Assembly: GCF_963921235.1 (NCBI RefSeq)
Contig: NC_086108.1
Coordinates: 59,150,001-59,214,000 of the forward strand
Length of the DNA: 64,000 nt
Reading direction: 5' to 3'
DNA from: Mobula hypostoma
Taxonomy: Eukaryota
Translations under genes and position numbers: made by a program
The notes under the pieces: model-generated
Databases searched by the model: none
Told to the model about the DNA's origin: nothing
What the model saw: only the letters and a program-made list of their open reading frames with translations
Part shown: positions 61,599 to 64,000 of the stretch, piece after piece
How the letters are laid out: every line of letters begins with the position of its first letter
Position numbering within the stretch: position 1 is the first letter of the stretch

Positions 61599-64000
61599 GT
61601 CCCCTTGTGTTTGATGTCGTACCTGTGACCTCCTAAGAAAAGGGACCACTGCTGTAGCCTTTGTGCTGTCATCACTGGAACGCCTTTTCTTGGATTGAAG
61701 ATTGACACGAGCGGCTGATGGTCAGTCAACAGAGTAAAGTGGGTAGTGACTGAATTTCTTGACTCCCCACACGAGGCTTAGGGCCTCTCTGTCAATCTGT
61801 GCATAGTTGTGTTCAGCTGAAGTTAGCGTTCTTGAGGCAAAGGCTATTGGTCTTTCGGAACCATCTGGAAACTGGTGCGGTAACACAGCTCCTATCCTAT
61901 GGGGTGAGGCAGCACAAGCTAGTCGGAGAGGTAAGGAGGGGTCAAAGTGCGCGAGCACCCCTTCTGAAGTTATGAGTCTTTTAGTTTCTTGAAATGCTTT
62001 CTCACAGCTCTCAGTCCACTTCCATTGTGTCCCTGTCTGTAATAGTGCATTTAGTGGGTGTAGGACTGTGGATAGGTTAGGCAAGAACTTGTGATAGTAG
62101 TTCACTAGACCAAGATATGCTCTCAGCTGAGACACACTTTCAGGTGGTGGTGCCTTAAGCACCGCTTCTATCTTGTCTTGAGACATGTGTAGGTCATCCC
62201 TGTTGATTGCATGCCCACAGTGTGAAATTTCCTTTTTGAAAAACTCATATTTTTGTCGATTAGCTCTGAGCCCATATTCTCATAACCTGGTGAGCATTTG
62301 TTTAAGGTTAGAAAGATGTTCGTAGTCATCTTTGCTGGTGACAATGATGTCATCCAGGTAACACTGAGTCCCTGGAATCCCCTGCAGAACCTGGTCCATT
62401 GCCCTTTGCCAGATTGCAGGTGCTGATGCTATCCCAAACACCAACCTGTTGTACTGGTAAAGTGCTTTGTGTGTATTTATTGTCGGGTATTTCTTGGATG
62501 CTTCCTTGATTTCCATTTGGAGGTAAGCCTGGGTCAAATCAATTTTTGAAAAGTTCCTCTCCTGACAGGGAAGCAAAGATGTCCTCAATATGAGGTAGAG
62601 GATACTGTACTGTGTGGAGCACTGGGTTGACAGTCACTTCAAAGTCACCACATATGCGCACCTTGCTTGGTTTTCCTGCTTTTGTGCTGGAGGTTTTCTT
62701 CATTACTGGAACAATGGGCGTGGCCCATTCACCCTAATCCACCTTTGACAGGACCCCAGTCTGCTCCAGATTTTTCAGCTCTGCCTCTGCTGTTGGACGG
62801 ATTGCATATGGCACTGGTCTGGCTTTGTGAAATTTTGGTCATGCATTTTCCACAATCTCAATCTTTGCCTTCATGCCCTGAAGTGTTCCTATTCTTTTCA
62901 TGAACACTTCTTCAGAGTCAGCAAGTATTTGTGACAGACTCTCAGATGTAGCCTTGCTGCCCGCCTTTGCTGACACATCCAGTGCCTTGATGGTGTGCCA
63001 GTCCAACTGGATTTTCCTGAGCCATTCACATCCCAGCAACAGTGGTCCTCCATTTTTCAGTACATAGAGGTTCAGCTGCTGTGTTTTACCTCCGTAGGTC
63101 ACCGTCACATTAATTTTACCTTTGGGACGCACTTTCTGTCCTGTGTAAGTCTTTAGCAGTAGTTTGGTTCGTTTCCAAGGTATGTGAGAAAACAGTCGAT
63201 TGTAGTCATATAGAGATTACTGTTAAAGCTGAGCCTGTTTCCAACTTCATTTTCAGTCTCACGCCTGCCACTTGTGGAGTGATCCATATTACTCTTTGAT
63301 CATCTGTGTCTTTTATGCTGTGAAACTGCAGACAAAACAATTTACTTTTGTCTGAGTCATTTTCATCAGCATTGTTTTCTTTCATTTTGTGTACATTGCT
63401 GTATTTTCCTTTCTGGGGTTTCTTGTTTCTCTGTACTTTGCCCTTTTTCTGCTGTTTACTAGCCTTGCATACTCTGCCAATGTGGCCCTGTTAGCCACAG
63501 TTTCTGCATTCTTTATCTTTAAACCAACAATCATCAGGGTCATGTGACCTGTTCCCACAACGTTAACATTTCTTTCTTTCATTTCTGTTCAGTGACATTT
63601 TATTCGTAGCATATTCCAGAGATTTTTGTTGTATCGCTGAAGCACCTCGTGTGGCTGTTTCTAATGATACTGAGGTGTTTAGCGCTTTCTCGAATGTAAG
63701 GTCTTTTTCACACAGGAGCTTCTTCTGTGTGGTTTCACAGTGCATGCCACACACTAACCTGTCCCTCAATGCGTCTGATAGACCAGCTCCAAACTGACAA
63801 TATTCTGATAATTTGCACAGTTCAGCACAATATTCAGAAATGCTTTCATTTTTGCTCTGATTCCGTTTTTGGAATTTAAATCTTTCAGCAATGACCAGCA
63901 GTTTGGGGTTTAAATGCTGTTGGAGATTGTCTACTATTTCCTTATACGTTTTGTCAGCTGACTTTTCAGGGGTTAACAAGCTCCGTAGCAGGCCATATGT

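Larger units (their letters stand above)
59513..64000 (-). mobile_element. Gypsy/Ty3 LTR retrotransposon (gag-pol decayed), continues beyond the window
   Basis: gag (IAERFKF..R.Q, LRDRLVCG, Zn knuckles), protease (LETGS), RT (IDLTQAYLQ, YLDD), RNase H (PIAFASRTL..E.NY), integrase (H..G..K, WWP, TDNG.QF, PYHP.TNG.AER). Order is PR-RT-RH-IN. Confidence 0.95.

Noticed and set aside
1..64000. CRISPR array, retron, DGR or other prokaryotic RT system
   Set aside because: No repeat-spacer arrays or operons. All RTs are eukaryotic LINE, Penelope or Gypsy types in vertebrate-like DNA.

Overview
Vertebrate non-coding DNA made largely of transposable elements. The repeat mix points to a cartilaginous fish, probably a ray (inference). 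It includes several CR1 LINE subfamilies with zinc-finger/esterase ORF1, Rex1/Babar LINEs, Penelope-like elements, V-type and other tRNA SINEs, Gypsy elements and solo LTRs, Tc1, Tigger, hAT and a Chapaev3-like element. No host gene is identifiable. The only host candidate is a 63-bp exon-like segment at 4982-5044 (-). Highlights: (1) a 13.5-kb three-level nest that can be rebuilt base by base (Chapaev3-like > full-length CR1 > CR1 with a 1016-codon open ORF2, a hAT and a second CR1); (2) minimal type-I hammerhead-ribozyme motifs and fold-back micro-insertions from Penelope-like elements; (3) a Tigger element with a ~120-bp block that I recall as almost identical to mammalian MER2/Tigger3; (4) solo LTRs with target-site duplications (TSDs), including one LTR inside another; (5) a 68-bp spacerless palindrome and a ~230-bp locally templated duplication. 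I see no convincing new protein-coding system. Most ORFs in the supplied track are TE fragments, antisense shadows or junction chimeras. Family names come from motif recognition, not database searches. Boundaries without a TSD are approximate.
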